Positions 1-11,567 of a DNA stretch of 64,000 bases are shown one piece after another. The notes beneath the pieces were generated by a model. It was not told the DNA's origin. It saw only the letters and a program-made list of their open reading frames with translations, and searched no databases. Origin of the DNA: Eledone cirrhosa (Eukaryota); NCBI GenBank assembly GCA_964016885.1, contig OZ024740.1, positions 176,824,001 to 176,888,000 on the forward strand, read 5' to 3'. The stretch's first letter is position 1; every line of letters starts with the position of its first letter. Made by a program: the position numbers and the translations under genes.

Positions 1-195
1 ATGTCCGACCATGTGCTAAACAATGATAATCATAATTTAGAAAGAAATTGCTCTTTATAAACATATTTAGTTTGATAATCTACACACAAGCTTTTTTCTG
101 TGTAGATTGTACATATAAATATTAGTGAAGTGAAATATTTCAAAATCACAAGATACGTATAAAAGAAAGTTATTCGATATCGAGAAAAGGAAATT

Positions 196-268
196 GGTTC
201 CATAGTGTAGTGGTTATCACGTCTGCTTCACACGCGGAAGGTCGCGAGTTCGAAACTCGCTGGAGCCT
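196..268 (+). tRNA. trnV: tRNA-Val(CAC), unit 1
   Basis: GGTTCCA/TGGAGCC acceptor, A-box TAGTGTAGTGG, anticodon arm TCTGC-TTCACAC-GCGGA, T-arm GCGAG-TTCGAAA-CTCGC, TTTT at 280-283. Confidence 0.88.
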
Positions 269-280
269 TTATTACAATAT

Positions 281-412
281 TTTACTCTACAGTAGCTCTT
301 CTAATTCATGAGTACCCATATAATTTTAATCTACACTAGCTCTTCTAAGACATGAGTGCCCATATAATTTTAAATTACACTAGGTCTTTCAAGCCATCAG
401 TGTCCATATAAT
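281..412 (+). repeat. Three diverged 44-bp tandem subrepeats (present in every unit)
   Basis: TTTAATCTACACTAGCTCTTCTAAGACATGAGTGCCCATATAAT-like copies at 281-324, 325-368 and 369-412. Confidence 0.85.
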
Positions 413-480
413 TGTCAATCAATAATACAGATCAATGTCAGTAAATGCGTTTATAATTATGTGAGAAAGTGACTAGCTTT

Positions 481-553
481 GCTTATATAATTTAGTGATT
501 ACCACGCCAGATTCACAAGCAGGAGATCGCCATTCCGAAACTTTCTGTAATCC
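481..553 (+). pseudogene. Decayed tRNA-Val(CAC-type) relic 1 (same offset in every unit)
   Basis: GCTTA(C/T)ATA..TTTAGTGATTACCACGCCAGATTCACAAGCAGGAGATCGC..TTCCGAAACTTTCTGTAATCC aligns end to end with the CAC gene; less-decayed versions at ~44575 and ~46058. Confidence 0.85.
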
Positions 554-1047
554 TTGTTTCAATTAAAAACAAACTCCAGTTGTGTCATGATCCTTAGATG
601 CTTAAATATTTTTCCATCTATCAACACGGTAGCTTCAATGTGCAGTGGTGTATATTTTATCCTATACTAGATTTGGGCCGACTTGTGCCATACAACAGTA
701 CTGAAGTATTTCCTAAATATATATAACCGCTAATTAAATTTAGATTGTTAATGAACTGCTTCCAAATTTCCTCATCATGAAACCAAACGATGGCTTATTA
801 CCAAATATAGCCTTATTAAACATGTTTACATGTCCAGTAAATTAGTGAAAGATATATAAATGTAGAGGTAGCTGATTAGCCATGTAAATACTACGTTATG
901 AACGATTTTATATATTTAGCATCAACGTGAAGAACATAGTTTAACGCATGTCAGCCTAGTTTCAGCATTGGTAAAGTATGTAGCAATGGATATTGACATT
1001 GGCAATGATATGATCAGGAGAAATATCTGAAAAAAAAAGGAGTGTCA

Positions 1048-1120
1048 AAGTTCCAGCATGTTTCGAACTCACGACCATCTGCGTGTAAAGCAGATATGAT
1101 AACCACTACACCATGGAACC
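1048..1120 (-). tRNA. trnV: tRNA-Val(TAC), unit 1; weak T-stem, possibly a pseudogene
   Basis: Revcomp GGTTCCATGGTGTAGTGGTTATCATATCTGCTTTACACGCAGATGGTCGTGAGTTCGAAACATGCTGGAACTT; T-stem GTGAG/CATGC has an A-A mismatch and two G-U pairs; T9 terminator downstream. Confidence 0.72.
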
Positions 1121-1238
1121 ACAGACTTGTTTTAGAACAAATATTGCCTCAATACATTTACATTTTATCAATTATGCTGAATTGAAACAAATGTAAATGT
1201 ATTTGATAAGACAATGTTTCTTCTTTCATTCTTCATCT

Positions 1239-1311
1239 GGTTCCATGGTGTAGTGGTTATCACATCTGCTTAACACGCAGAAGGTCGTGAGTTCGAAACT
1301 CGCTGGAACCT
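1239..1311 (+). tRNA. trnV: tRNA-Val(AAC), unit 1
   Basis: GGTTCCA/TGGAACC acceptor, TCTGC-TTAACAC-GCAGA, GTGAG-TTCGAAA-CTCGC, T-run from 1321. Confidence 0.9.
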
Positions 1312-1611
1312 TCAATTATCTTTTTTTCTATTTCATTTTGTGTTGTGTTTGATAGAATCTCACATATTTCATCTGACTATCCCATCGACAATTTCTATAT
1401 CCAGTACTGTATATTTTACCTTACATATGCTGGAACTCTGCTGACCTGTGTTTTACAAAAGTACTTGACGTAGATTCGAAATATTAATAACCAATCATTA
1501 TATAGTATTTATATTGTTAATCAACTGCTTCCAAATTTATACAACTTTCACTAAATTAACAGAAATATAAACGTGTTTCATAATGCAATATATGTTAGGA
1601 AGCAACCGTTT

Positions 1612-1684
1612 GATACAATGTTGTAGTGTGTATCTCATTTGCAAAAAACTCGAGATGATCGCGGATTCGAAATTCGCAGCAAAC
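1612..1684 (+). pseudogene. Decayed tRNA-Val relic 2 (same offset in every unit)
   Basis: GATACAATGTTGTAGTGTGTATCTCATTTGC...GATGATCGCGGATTCGAAATTCGCAGCAAAC aligns with the AAC gene; less-decayed versions at 51202 and 52317. Confidence 0.82.
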
Positions 1685-2072
1685 ACTCTTAAATTTCAAT
1701 CTGAATAAATTATATATTTATTTACATTTTTCATATCTTGCGTCATTTTAGTTGTCAATGAGGATTGAATACATTAATGTTATTGAAAAACACATGTTAT
1801 ACAGTAGGTTTGAAAATAAAATATATTTGTTCCTATGTTCCAGAATAGAACATATTTGTAGAAATGATTACCTAAATATGTCTGACCATGTGCTAAACAA
1901 TGATAATCATAATTTAGAAAGAAATTGCTCTTTATAAACATATTTAGTTTGATAATCTACACACAAGCTTTTTTCTGTGTAGATTGTACATATAAATATT
2001 AGTGAAGTGAAATATTTCAAAATCACAAGATACGTATAAAAGAAAGTTATTCGATATCGAGAAAAGGAAATT

Positions 2073-2145
2073 GGTTCCATAGTGTAGTGGTTATCACGTC
2101 TGCTTCACACGCGGAAGGTCGCGAGTTCGAAACTCGCTGGAGCCT
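2073..2145 (+). tRNA. trnV: tRNA-Val(CAC), unit 2
   Basis: Matches unit-1 CAC gene. Confidence 0.88.
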
Positions 2146-2925
2146 TTATTACAAACTTTTTAATCTACAGTAGCTCTTCTAATTCATGAGGACCCATATA
2201 ATTTTAATCTACACTAGCTCTTCTAAGACATGAGTGCCCATATAATTTTAAATTACACTAGGTCTTTCAAGCCATCAGTGTCCATATATTTGTCAATCAA
2301 TAATACAGATTAATGTCAGTAAATGCGTTTAAAATTATGTGAGAAAGTGACTAGTTTTGCTTACATAGTTTAGTGATTACCACGCCAGATTCACAAGCAG
2401 GAGATCGCGATTCCGAAACTTTCTGTAATCCTTGTTTCAATTAAAAACAAACTCCAGTTGTGTCATGATCCTTAGATGCTTAAATATTTTTCCATCTATC
2501 AACTCGGTCGCTTCAATGTGCAGTGGTGTATATTTTATCCTATACTAGATTTGGGCCGACTTGTGCCATACAACAGTACTGAAGTATTTCCTAAATATAT
2601 ATAACCGCTAATTAAATTTAGATTGTTAATGAACTGCTTCCAAATTTCCTCATCATGAAACCAAACGATGGCTTATTACCAAATATAGCCTTATTAAACA
2701 TGTTTACATGTCCAGTAAATTAGTGAAAGATATATAAATGTAGAGGTAGCTGATTAGCCATGTAAATACTACGTTATGAACGATTTTATATATTTAGCAT
2801 CAACGTGAAGAACATAGTTTAACGCATGTCAGCCTAGTTTCAGCATTGGTAAAGTATGTAGCAATGGATATTGACATTGGCAATGATATGATCAGGAGAA
2901 ATATCTGAAAAAAAAAGGAGTGTCA

Positions 2926-2998
2926 AAGTTCCAGCATGTTTCGAACTCACGACCATCTGCGTGTAAAGCAGATATGATAACCACTACACCATGGAACC
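2926..2998 (-). tRNA. trnV: tRNA-Val(TAC), unit 2 (weak T-stem)
   Basis: Matches unit-1 TAC gene. Confidence 0.72.
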
Positions 2999-3116
2999 AC
3001 AGACTTGTTTTAGAACAAATATTGCCTCAATACATTTACATTTTATCAATTATGCTGAATTGAAACAAATGTAAATGTATTTGATAAGACAATGTTTCTT
3101 CTTTCATTCTTCATCT

Positions 3117-3189
3117 GGTTCCATGGTGTAGTGGTTATCACATCTGCTTAACACGCAGAAGGTCGTGAGTTCGAAACTCGCTGGAACCT
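3117..3189 (+). tRNA. trnV: tRNA-Val(AAC), unit 2
   Basis: Matches unit-1 AAC gene. Confidence 0.9.
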
Positions 3190-3951
3190 TCAATTATCTT
3201 TTACTTCTATTTCATTTTGTGTTGTGTTTGATAGAATCTCACATATTCCTTCTGACCATCCCATCGACAATTTCTATATCCAGTACTGTATATTTTACCT
3301 TACATATGCTGGAACTCTGCTGACCTGAGTTTTACAAAAGTACTTGACGTAGATTCGAAATATTAATAACCAATCATTATATAGTATTTATATTGTTAAT
3401 CAACTGCTTCCAAATTTATACAACTTTCACTAAATTAACAGAAATATAAACGTGTTTCATAATGCAATATATGTTAGGAAGCAACCGTTTGATACAATGT
3501 TGTAGTGTGTATCTCATTTGCAAAAGACTCGAGATGATCGCGGATTCGAAATTCGCAGCAAACACTCTTAAATTTCAATCTGAATAAATTATATATTTAT
3601 TTACATTTTTCATATCTTGCGTCATTTTAGTTGTCAATGAGGATTGAATACATTAATGTTATTGAAAAACACATGTTATACAGTAGGTTTGAAAATAAAA
3701 TATATTTGTTCTTATGTTCCAGAATAGAACATATTTGTAGAAATGATTGCCTAAATATGTCCGACCATGTGCTAAACAATGATAATCACAATTTAGAAAG
3801 AAATTGCTCTTTATAAACATATTTAGTTTGATAATCTACACACAAGCTTTTTTCTGTGTAGATTGTACATATAAATATTAGTGAAGTGAAATATTTCAAT
3901 ATTACAAGATACGTATAAAAGAAAGTTATTCAATAACGAGAAAAGGAAATT

Positions 3952-4024
3952 GGTTCCATAGTGTAGTGGTTATCACGTCTGCTTCACACGCGGAAGGTCG
4001 CGAGTTCGAAACTCGCTGGAGCCT
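3952..4024 (+). tRNA. trnV: tRNA-Val(CAC), unit 3
   Basis: Matches unit-1 CAC gene. Confidence 0.88.
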
Positions 4025-4803
4025 TTATTACAATATTTTTAATCTACAGTCGCTCTTCTAATTCATGAGTACCCATATAATTTTAATCTACACTAGCTCT
4101 TCTAAGACATGAGTGCCCATATAATTTTAAATTACACTAGGTCTTTCAAGCCATCAGTGTCCATATATTTGTCAATCAATAATACAGATCAATGTCAGTA
4201 AATGCGTTTAAAATTATGTGAGAAAGTGACTAGTTTTGCTTACATAGTTTAGTGATTACCACGCCAGATTCACAAGCAGGAGATCGCGATTCCGAAACTT
4301 TCTGTAATCCTTGTTTCAATTAAAAACAAACTCCAGTTGTGTCATGATCCTTAGATGCTTAAATATTTTTCCATCTATCAACTCGGTCGCTTCAATGTGC
4401 AGTGGTGTATATTTTATCCTATACTAGATTTGGGCCGACTTGTGCCATACAACAGTACTGAAGTATTTCCTAAATATATATAAGCGCTAATTAAATTTAG
4501 ATTGTTAATGAACTGCTTCCAAATTTCTTCATCATGAAACCAAACGATGGCTTATTACCAAATATAGCCTTATTAAACATGTTTACATGTCCAGTAAATT
4601 AGTGAAAGATGTATAAATGTAGTTGTAGCTGATTAGCCATGTAAATACTACGTTATGAACGATTTTATACATTTAGCATCTGCGTCAAGAAATTTGTTTA
4701 ACGTATGTCAGCCTAGTTTCAGCATTGGTAAAGTATATAGCAATGGATATTGACATTGGCAATGATATAACCAGGAGAAATATCTGAAAAAAAAGGAGTG
4801 TCA

Positions 4804-4876
4804 AAGTTCCCGCATATTTCGAACTCACGACCATCTGCGTGTAAAGCAGATATGATAACCACTACACCATGGAACC
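4804..4876 (-). tRNA. trnV: tRNA-Val(TAC), unit 3; extra acceptor/T-stem lesions, likely pseudogene
   Basis: TAC anticodon kept; + strand GTTCCCGCATATTTCG replaces GTTCCAGCATGTTTCG. Confidence 0.6.
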
Positions 4877-4994
4877 ACAGACCTGTTTTAGAACAAATAT
4901 TGCCTCAATACATTTACATTTTATCAATTATGCTGAATTGAAACAAATGTAAATATATTTGATAAGACAATGTTTCTTCTTTCATTCTTCATCT

Positions 4995-5067
4995 GGTTCC
5001 ATGGTGTAGTGGTTATCACATCTGCTTAACACGCAGAAGGTCGTGAGTTCGAAACTCGCTGGAACCT
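4995..5067 (+). tRNA. trnV: tRNA-Val(AAC), unit 3
   Basis: Matches unit-1 AAC gene. Confidence 0.9.
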
Positions 5068-5837
5068 TCAATTATCTTTTTTTCTTTTACTTCTATTTCA
5101 TTTTGTGTTGTGTTTGATAGAATCTCACATATTTCATCTGACTATCCCATCGACAATTTCTATATCCAGTACTGTATATTTTACCTTACATATGCTGGAA
5201 CTCTGCTGACCTGTGTTTTACAAAAGTACTTGACGTAGATTCGAAATATTAATAACCAATCATTATATAGTATGTATATTGTTAATCAACTGCTTCCAAA
5301 TTTATACAACTTTCACTAAATTAACAGAAATATAAACGTGTTTCATAATGCAATATATGTTAGGAAGCAACCGTTTGATACAATGTTGTAGTGTGTATCT
5401 CATTTGCAAAAAACTCGAGATGATCGCGGATTCGAAATTCGCAGCAAACACTCTTAAATTTCAATCTGAATAAATTATATATTTATTTACATTTTTCATA
5501 TCTTGCGTCATTTTAGTTGTCAATGAGGATTGAATACATTAATGTTATTGAAAAACACATGTTATACAGTAGGTTTGAAAATAAAATATATTTGTTCCTA
5601 TGTTCCAGAATAGAACATATTTGTAAAAATGATTACCTAAATATGTCCGACCATGTGCTAAACAATGATAATCATAATTTAGAAAGAAATTGCTCTTTAT
5701 AAACATATTTAGTTTGATAATCTACACACAAGCTTTTTTCTGTGTAGATTGTACATATAAATATTAGTGAAGTGAAATATTTCAAAATCACAAGATACGT
5801 ATAAAAGAAAGTTATTCGATATCGAGAAAAGGAAATT

Positions 5838-5910
5838 GGTTCCATAGTGTAGTGGTTATCACGTCTGCTTCACACGCGGAAGGTCGCGAGTTCGAAACTC
5901 GCTGGAGCCT
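5838..5910 (+). tRNA. trnV: tRNA-Val(CAC), unit 4
   Basis: Matches unit-1 CAC gene. Confidence 0.88.
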
Positions 5911-6688
5911 TTATTACAATATTTTACTCTACAGTAGCTCTTCTAATTCATGAGTACCCATATAATTTTAATCTACACTAGCTCTTCTAAGACATGAGTG
6001 CCCATATAATTTTAAATTACACTAGGTCTTTCAAGCCATCAGTGTCCATATAATTGTCAATCAATAATACAGATCAATGTCAGTAAATGCGTTTATAATT
6101 ATGTGAGAAAGTGACTAGCTTTGCTTATATAATTTAGTGATTACCACGCCAGATTCACAAGCAGGAGATCGCCATTCCGAAACTTTCTGTAATCCTTGTT
6201 TCAATTAAAAACAAACTCCAGTTGTGTCATGATCCTTAGATGCTTAAATATTTTTCCATCTATCAACACGGTAGCTTCAATGTGCAGTGGTGTATATTTT
6301 ATCCTATACTAGATTTGGGCCGACTTGTGCCATACAACAGTACTGAAGTATTTCCTAAATATATATAACCGCTAATTAAATTTAGATTGTTAATGAACTG
6401 CTTCCAAATTTCCTCATCATGAAACCAAACGATGGCTTATTACCAAATATAGCCTTATTAAACATGTTTACATGTCCAGTAAATTAGTGAAAGATGTATA
6501 AATGTAGAGGTAGCTGATTAGCCATGTAAATACTACGTTATGAACGATTTTATATATTTAGCGTCTACGTCAAGAACTTTGTTTAACGCATGTCAGCCTA
6601 GTTTCAGCATTGGTAAAGTATGTAGCAATGGATATTGACATTGGCAAGGATATGATCAGGAGAAATATCTGAAAAAAAAGGAGTGTCA

Positions 6689-6761
6689 AAGTTCCAGCAT
6701 GTTTCGAACTCACGACCATCTGCGTGTAAAGCAGATATGATAACCACTACACCATGGAACC
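6689..6761 (-). tRNA. trnV: tRNA-Val(TAC), unit 4 (weak T-stem)
   Basis: Matches unit-1 TAC gene. Confidence 0.72.
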
Positions 6762-6879
6762 ACAGACTTGTTTTAAAACAAATATTGCCTCAATACATTT
6801 ACATTTTATCAATTATGCTGAATTGAAACAAATGTAAATGTATTTGATAAGACAATGTTTCTTCTTCCATTCTTCATAT

Positions 6880-6952
6880 GGTTCCATGGTGTAGTGGTTA
6901 TCACATCTGCTTAACACGCAGAAGGTGGTGAGTTCGAAACTCGCTGGAACCT
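6880..6952 (+). tRNA. trnV: tRNA-Val(AAC), unit 4
   Basis: AAC gene with variable-loop change AGGTC to AGGTG. Confidence 0.85.
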
Positions 6953-7722
6953 TCAATTATCTTTTTTTCTTTTACTTCTATTTCATTTTGTGTTGTGTTT
7001 GATAGAATCTCACATATTTCATCTGACTATCCCATCGACAATTTCTATATCCAGTACTGTATATTTTACCTTACATATGCTGGAACTCTGCTGACCTGTG
7101 TTTTACAAAAGTACTTGACGTAGATTCGAAATATTAATAACCAATCATTATATAGTATTTATATTGTTAATCAACTGCTTCCAAATTTATACAACTTTCA
7201 CTAAATTAACAGAAATATAAACGTGTTTCATAATGCAATATATGTTAGGAAGCAACCGTTTGATACAATGTTGTAGTGTGTATCTCATTTGCAAAAAACT
7301 CGAGATGATCGCGGATTCGAAATTCGCAGCAAACACTCTTAAATTTCAATCTGAATAAATTATATATTTATTTACATTTTTCATATCTTGCGTCATTTTA
7401 GTTGTCAATGAGGATTGAATACATTAATGTTATTGAAAAACACATGTTATACAGTAGGTTTGAAAATAAAATATATTTGTTCCTATGTTCCAGAATAGAA
7501 CATATTTGTAAAAATGATTACCTAAATATGTCCGACCATGTGCTAAACAATGATAATCATAATTTAGAAAGAAATTGCTCTTTATAAACATATTTAGTTT
7601 GATAATCTACACACAAGCTTTTTTCTGTGTAGATTGTACATATAAATATTAGTGAAGTGAAATATTTCAAAATCACAAGATACGTATAAAAGAAAGTTAT
7701 TCGATATCGAGAAAAGGAAATT

Positions 7723-7795
7723 GGTTCCATAGTGTAGTGGTTATCACGTCTGCTTCACACGCGGAAGGTCGCGAGTTCGAAACTCGCTGGAGCCT
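7723..7795 (+). tRNA. trnV: tRNA-Val(CAC), unit 5
   Basis: Matches unit-1 CAC gene. Confidence 0.88.
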
Positions 7796-8575
7796 TTATT
7801 ACAAACTTTTTAATCTACAGTAGCTCTTCTAATTCATGAGGACCCATATAATTTTAATCTACACTAGCTCTTCTAAGACATGAGTGCCCATATAATTTTA
7901 AATTACACTAGGTCTTTCAAGCCATCAGTGTCCATATATTTGTCAATCAATAATACAGATTAATGTCAGTAAATGCGTTTAAAATTATGTGAGAAAGTGA
8001 CTAGTTTTGCTTACATAGTTTAGTGATTACCACGCCAGATTCACAAGCAGGAGATCGCGATTCCGAAACTTTCTGTAATCCTTGTTTCAATTAAAAACAA
8101 ACTCCAGTTGTGTCATGATCCTTAGATGCTTAAATATTTTTCCATCTATCAACTCGGTCGCTTCAATGTGCAGTGGTGTATATTTTATCCTATACTAGAT
8201 TTGGGCCGACTTGTGCCATACAACAGTACTGAAGTATTTCCTAAATATATATAACCGCTAATTAAATTTAGATTGTTAATGAACTGCTTCCAAATTTCCT
8301 CATCATGAAACCAAACGATGGCTTATTACCAAATATAGCCTTATTAAACATGTTTACATGTCCAGTAAATTAGTGAAAGATATATAAATGTAGAGGTAGC
8401 TGATTAGCCATGTAAATACTACGTTATGAACGATTTTATATATTTAGCATCAACGTGAAGAACATAGTTTAACGCATGTCAGCCTAGTTTCAGCATTGGT
8501 AAAGTATGTAGCAATGGATATTGACATTGGCAATGATATGATCAGGAGAAATATCTGAAAAAAAAAGGAGTGTCA

Positions 8576-8648
8576 AAGTTCCAGCATGTTTCGAACTCAC
8601 GACCATCTGCGTGTAAAGCAGATATGATAACCACTACACCATGGAACC
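8576..8648 (-). tRNA. trnV: tRNA-Val(TAC), unit 5 (weak T-stem)
   Basis: Matches unit-1 TAC gene. Confidence 0.72.
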
Positions 8649-8766
8649 ACAGACTTGTTTTAGAACAAATATTGCCTCAATACATTTACATTTTATCAAT
8701 TATGCTGAATTGAAACAAATGTAAATGTATTTGATAAGACAATGTTTCTTCTTTCATTCTTCATCT

Positions 8767-8839
8767 GGTTCCATGGTGTAGTGGTTATCACATCTGCTTA
8801 ACACGCAGAAGGTCGTGAGTTCGAAACTCGCTGGAACCT
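8767..8839 (+). tRNA. trnV: tRNA-Val(AAC), unit 5
   Basis: Matches unit-1 AAC gene. Confidence 0.9.
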
Positions 8840-9609
8840 TCAATTATCTTTTTTTCTTTTACTTCTATTTCATTTTATGTTGTGTTTGATAGAATCTCAC
8901 ATATTTCTTCTGACTATCTCCTCGACAATTTCTATATCCAGTACTGTATATTTTCCCTATCATATGCTGGAACTCTGCTGACCTGTGTTTTACAAAAGTA
9001 CTTGACGTAGATTCGAAATATTAATAACCAATCATTATATAGTATGTATATTGTTAATCAACTGCTTCCAAATTTATACAACTTTCACTAAATTAACAGA
9101 AATATAAACGTGTTTCATAATGCAATATATGTTAGGAAGCAACCGTTTGATACAATGTTGTAGTGTGTATCTCATTTGCAAAAAACTCGAGATGATCGCG
9201 GATTCGAAATTCGCAGCAAACACTCTTAAATTTCAATCTGAATAAATTATATATTTATTTACATTTTTCATATCTTGCGTCATTTTAGTTGTCAATGAGG
9301 ATTGAATACATTAATGTTATTGAAAAACACATGTTATACAGTAGGTTTGAAAATAAAATATATTTGTTCCTATGTTCCAGAATAGAACATATTTGTAGAA
9401 ATGATTACCTAAATATGTCTGACCATGTGCTAAACAATGATAATCATAATTTAGAAAGAAATTGCTCTTTATAAACATATTTAGTTTGATAATCTACACA
9501 CAAGCTTTTTTCTGTGTAGATTGTACATATAAATATTAGTGAAGTGAAATATTTCAAAATCACAAGATACGTATAAAAGAAAGTTATTCGATATCGAGAA
9601 AAGGAAATT

Positions 9610-9682
9610 GGTTCCATAGTGTAGTGGTTATCACGTCTGCTTCACACGCGGAAGGTCGCGAGTTCGAAACTCGCTGGAGCCT
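9610..9682 (+). tRNA. trnV: tRNA-Val(CAC), unit 6
   Basis: Matches unit-1 CAC gene. Confidence 0.88.
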
Positions 9683-10460
9683 TTATTACAATATTTTACT
9701 CTACAGTAGCTCTTCTAATTCATGAGTACCCATATAATTTTAATCTACACTAGCTCTTCTAAGACATGAGTGCCCATATAATTTTAAATTACACTAGGTG
9801 TTTCAAGCCATCAGTGTCCATATAATTGTCAATCAATAATACAGATCAATGTCAGTAAATGCGTTTATAATTATGTGAGAAAGTGACTAGCTTTGCTTAT
9901 ATAATTTAGTGATTACCACGCCAGATTCACAAGCAGGAGATCGCCATTCCGAAACTTTCTGTAATCCTTGTTTCAATTAAAAACAAACTCCAGTTGTGTC
10001 ATGATCCTTAGATGCTTAAATATTTTTCCATCTATCAACACGGTAGCTTCAATGTGCAGTGGTGTATATTTTATCCTATACTAGATTTGGGCCGACTTGT
10101 GCCATACAACAGTACTGAAGTATTTCCTAAATATATATAACCGCTAATTAAATTTAGATTGTTAATGAACTGCTTCCAAATTTCCTCATCATGAAACCAA
10201 ACGATGGCTTATTACCAAATATAGCCTTATTAAACATGTTTACATGTCCAGTAAATTAGTGAAAGATGTATAAATGTAGAGGTAGCTGATTAGCCATGTA
10301 AATACTACGTTATGAACGATTTTATATATTTAGCGTCTACGTCAAGAACTTTGTTTAACGCATGTCAGCCTAGTTTCAGTATTGGTAAAGTATGTAGCAA
10401 TGGATATTGACATTGGCAAGGATATGATCAGGAGAAATATCTGAAAAAAAAGGAGTGTCA

Positions 10461-10533
10461 AAGTTCCAGCATGTTTCGAACTCACGACCATCTGCGTGTA
10501 AAGCAGATATGATAACCACTACACCATGGAACC
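10461..10533 (-). tRNA. trnV: tRNA-Val(TAC), unit 6 (weak T-stem)
   Basis: Matches unit-1 TAC gene. Confidence 0.72.
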
Positions 10534-10651
10534 ACAGACTTGTTTTAAAACAAATATTGCCTCAATACATTTACATTTTATCAATTATGCTGAATTGAAA
10601 CAAATGTAAATGTATTTGATAAGACAATGTTTCTTCTTTCATTCTTCATAT

Positions 10652-10724
10652 GGTTCCATGGTGTAGTGGTTATCACATCTGCTTAACACGCAGAAGGTCG
10701 TGAGTTCGAAACTCGCTGGAACCT
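10652..10724 (+). tRNA. trnV: tRNA-Val(AAC), unit 6
   Basis: Matches unit-1 AAC gene. Confidence 0.9.
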
Positions 10725-11494
10725 TCAATTATCTTTTTTTCTTTTACTTCTATTTCATTTTGTGTTGTGTTTGATAGAATCTCACATATTTCATCTGACT
10801 ATCCCATCGACAATTTCTATATCCAGTACTGTATATTTTACCTTACATATGCTGGAACTCTGCTGACCTGTGTTTTACAAAAGTACTTGACGTAGATTCG
10901 AAATATTAATAACCAATCATTATATAGTATTTATATTGTTAATCAACTGCTTCCAAATTTATACAACTTTCACTAAATTAACAGAAATATAAACGTGTTT
11001 CATAATGCAATATATGTTAGGAAGCAACCGTTTGATACAATGTTGTAGTGTGTATCTCATTTGCAAAAAACTCGAGATGATCGCGGATTCGAAATTCGCA
11101 GCAAACACTCTTAAATTTCAATCTGAATAAATTATATATTTATTTACATTTTTCATATCTTGCGTCATTTTAGTTGTCAATGAGGATTGAATACATTAAT
11201 GTTATTGAAAAACACATGTTATACAGTAGGTTTGAAAATAAAATATATTTGTTCCTATGTTCCAGAATAGAACATATTTGTAAAAATGATTACCTAAATA
11301 TGTCCGACCATGTGCTAAACAATGATAATCATAATTTAGAAAGAAATTGCTCTTTATAAACATATTTAGTTTGATAATCTACACACAAGCTTTTTTCTGT
11401 GTAGATTGTACATATAAATATTAGTGAAGTGAAATATTTCAAAATCACAAGATACGTATAAAAGAAAGTTATTCGATATCGAGAAAAGGAAATT

Positions 11495-11567
11495 GGTTCC
11501 ATAGTGTAGTGGTTATCACGTCTGCTTCACACGCGGAAGGTCGCGAGTTCGAAACTCGCTGGAGCCT
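11495..11567 (+). tRNA. trnV: tRNA-Val(CAC), unit 7
   Basis: Matches unit-1 CAC gene. Confidence 0.88.

Larger units (their letters stand above)
771..1625. repeat. Imperfect ~850-bp palindrome (fold-back inverted duplication) in every unit, centre ~1174-1179
   Basis: Reverse complement of 771-1173 aligns with 1180-1625 (upstream flank, tRNA, spacer, start of next tRNA); centre CATTTACATTTTATCAATT-ATGCTG-AATTGAAACAAATGTAAATG. Confidence 0.9.

Noticed and set aside
196-1684. tRNA copies as SINE heads
   Set aside because: They are full cloverleafs followed directly by T-runs, with no TSDs or tails; amplification is tandem, not retrotranspositional.
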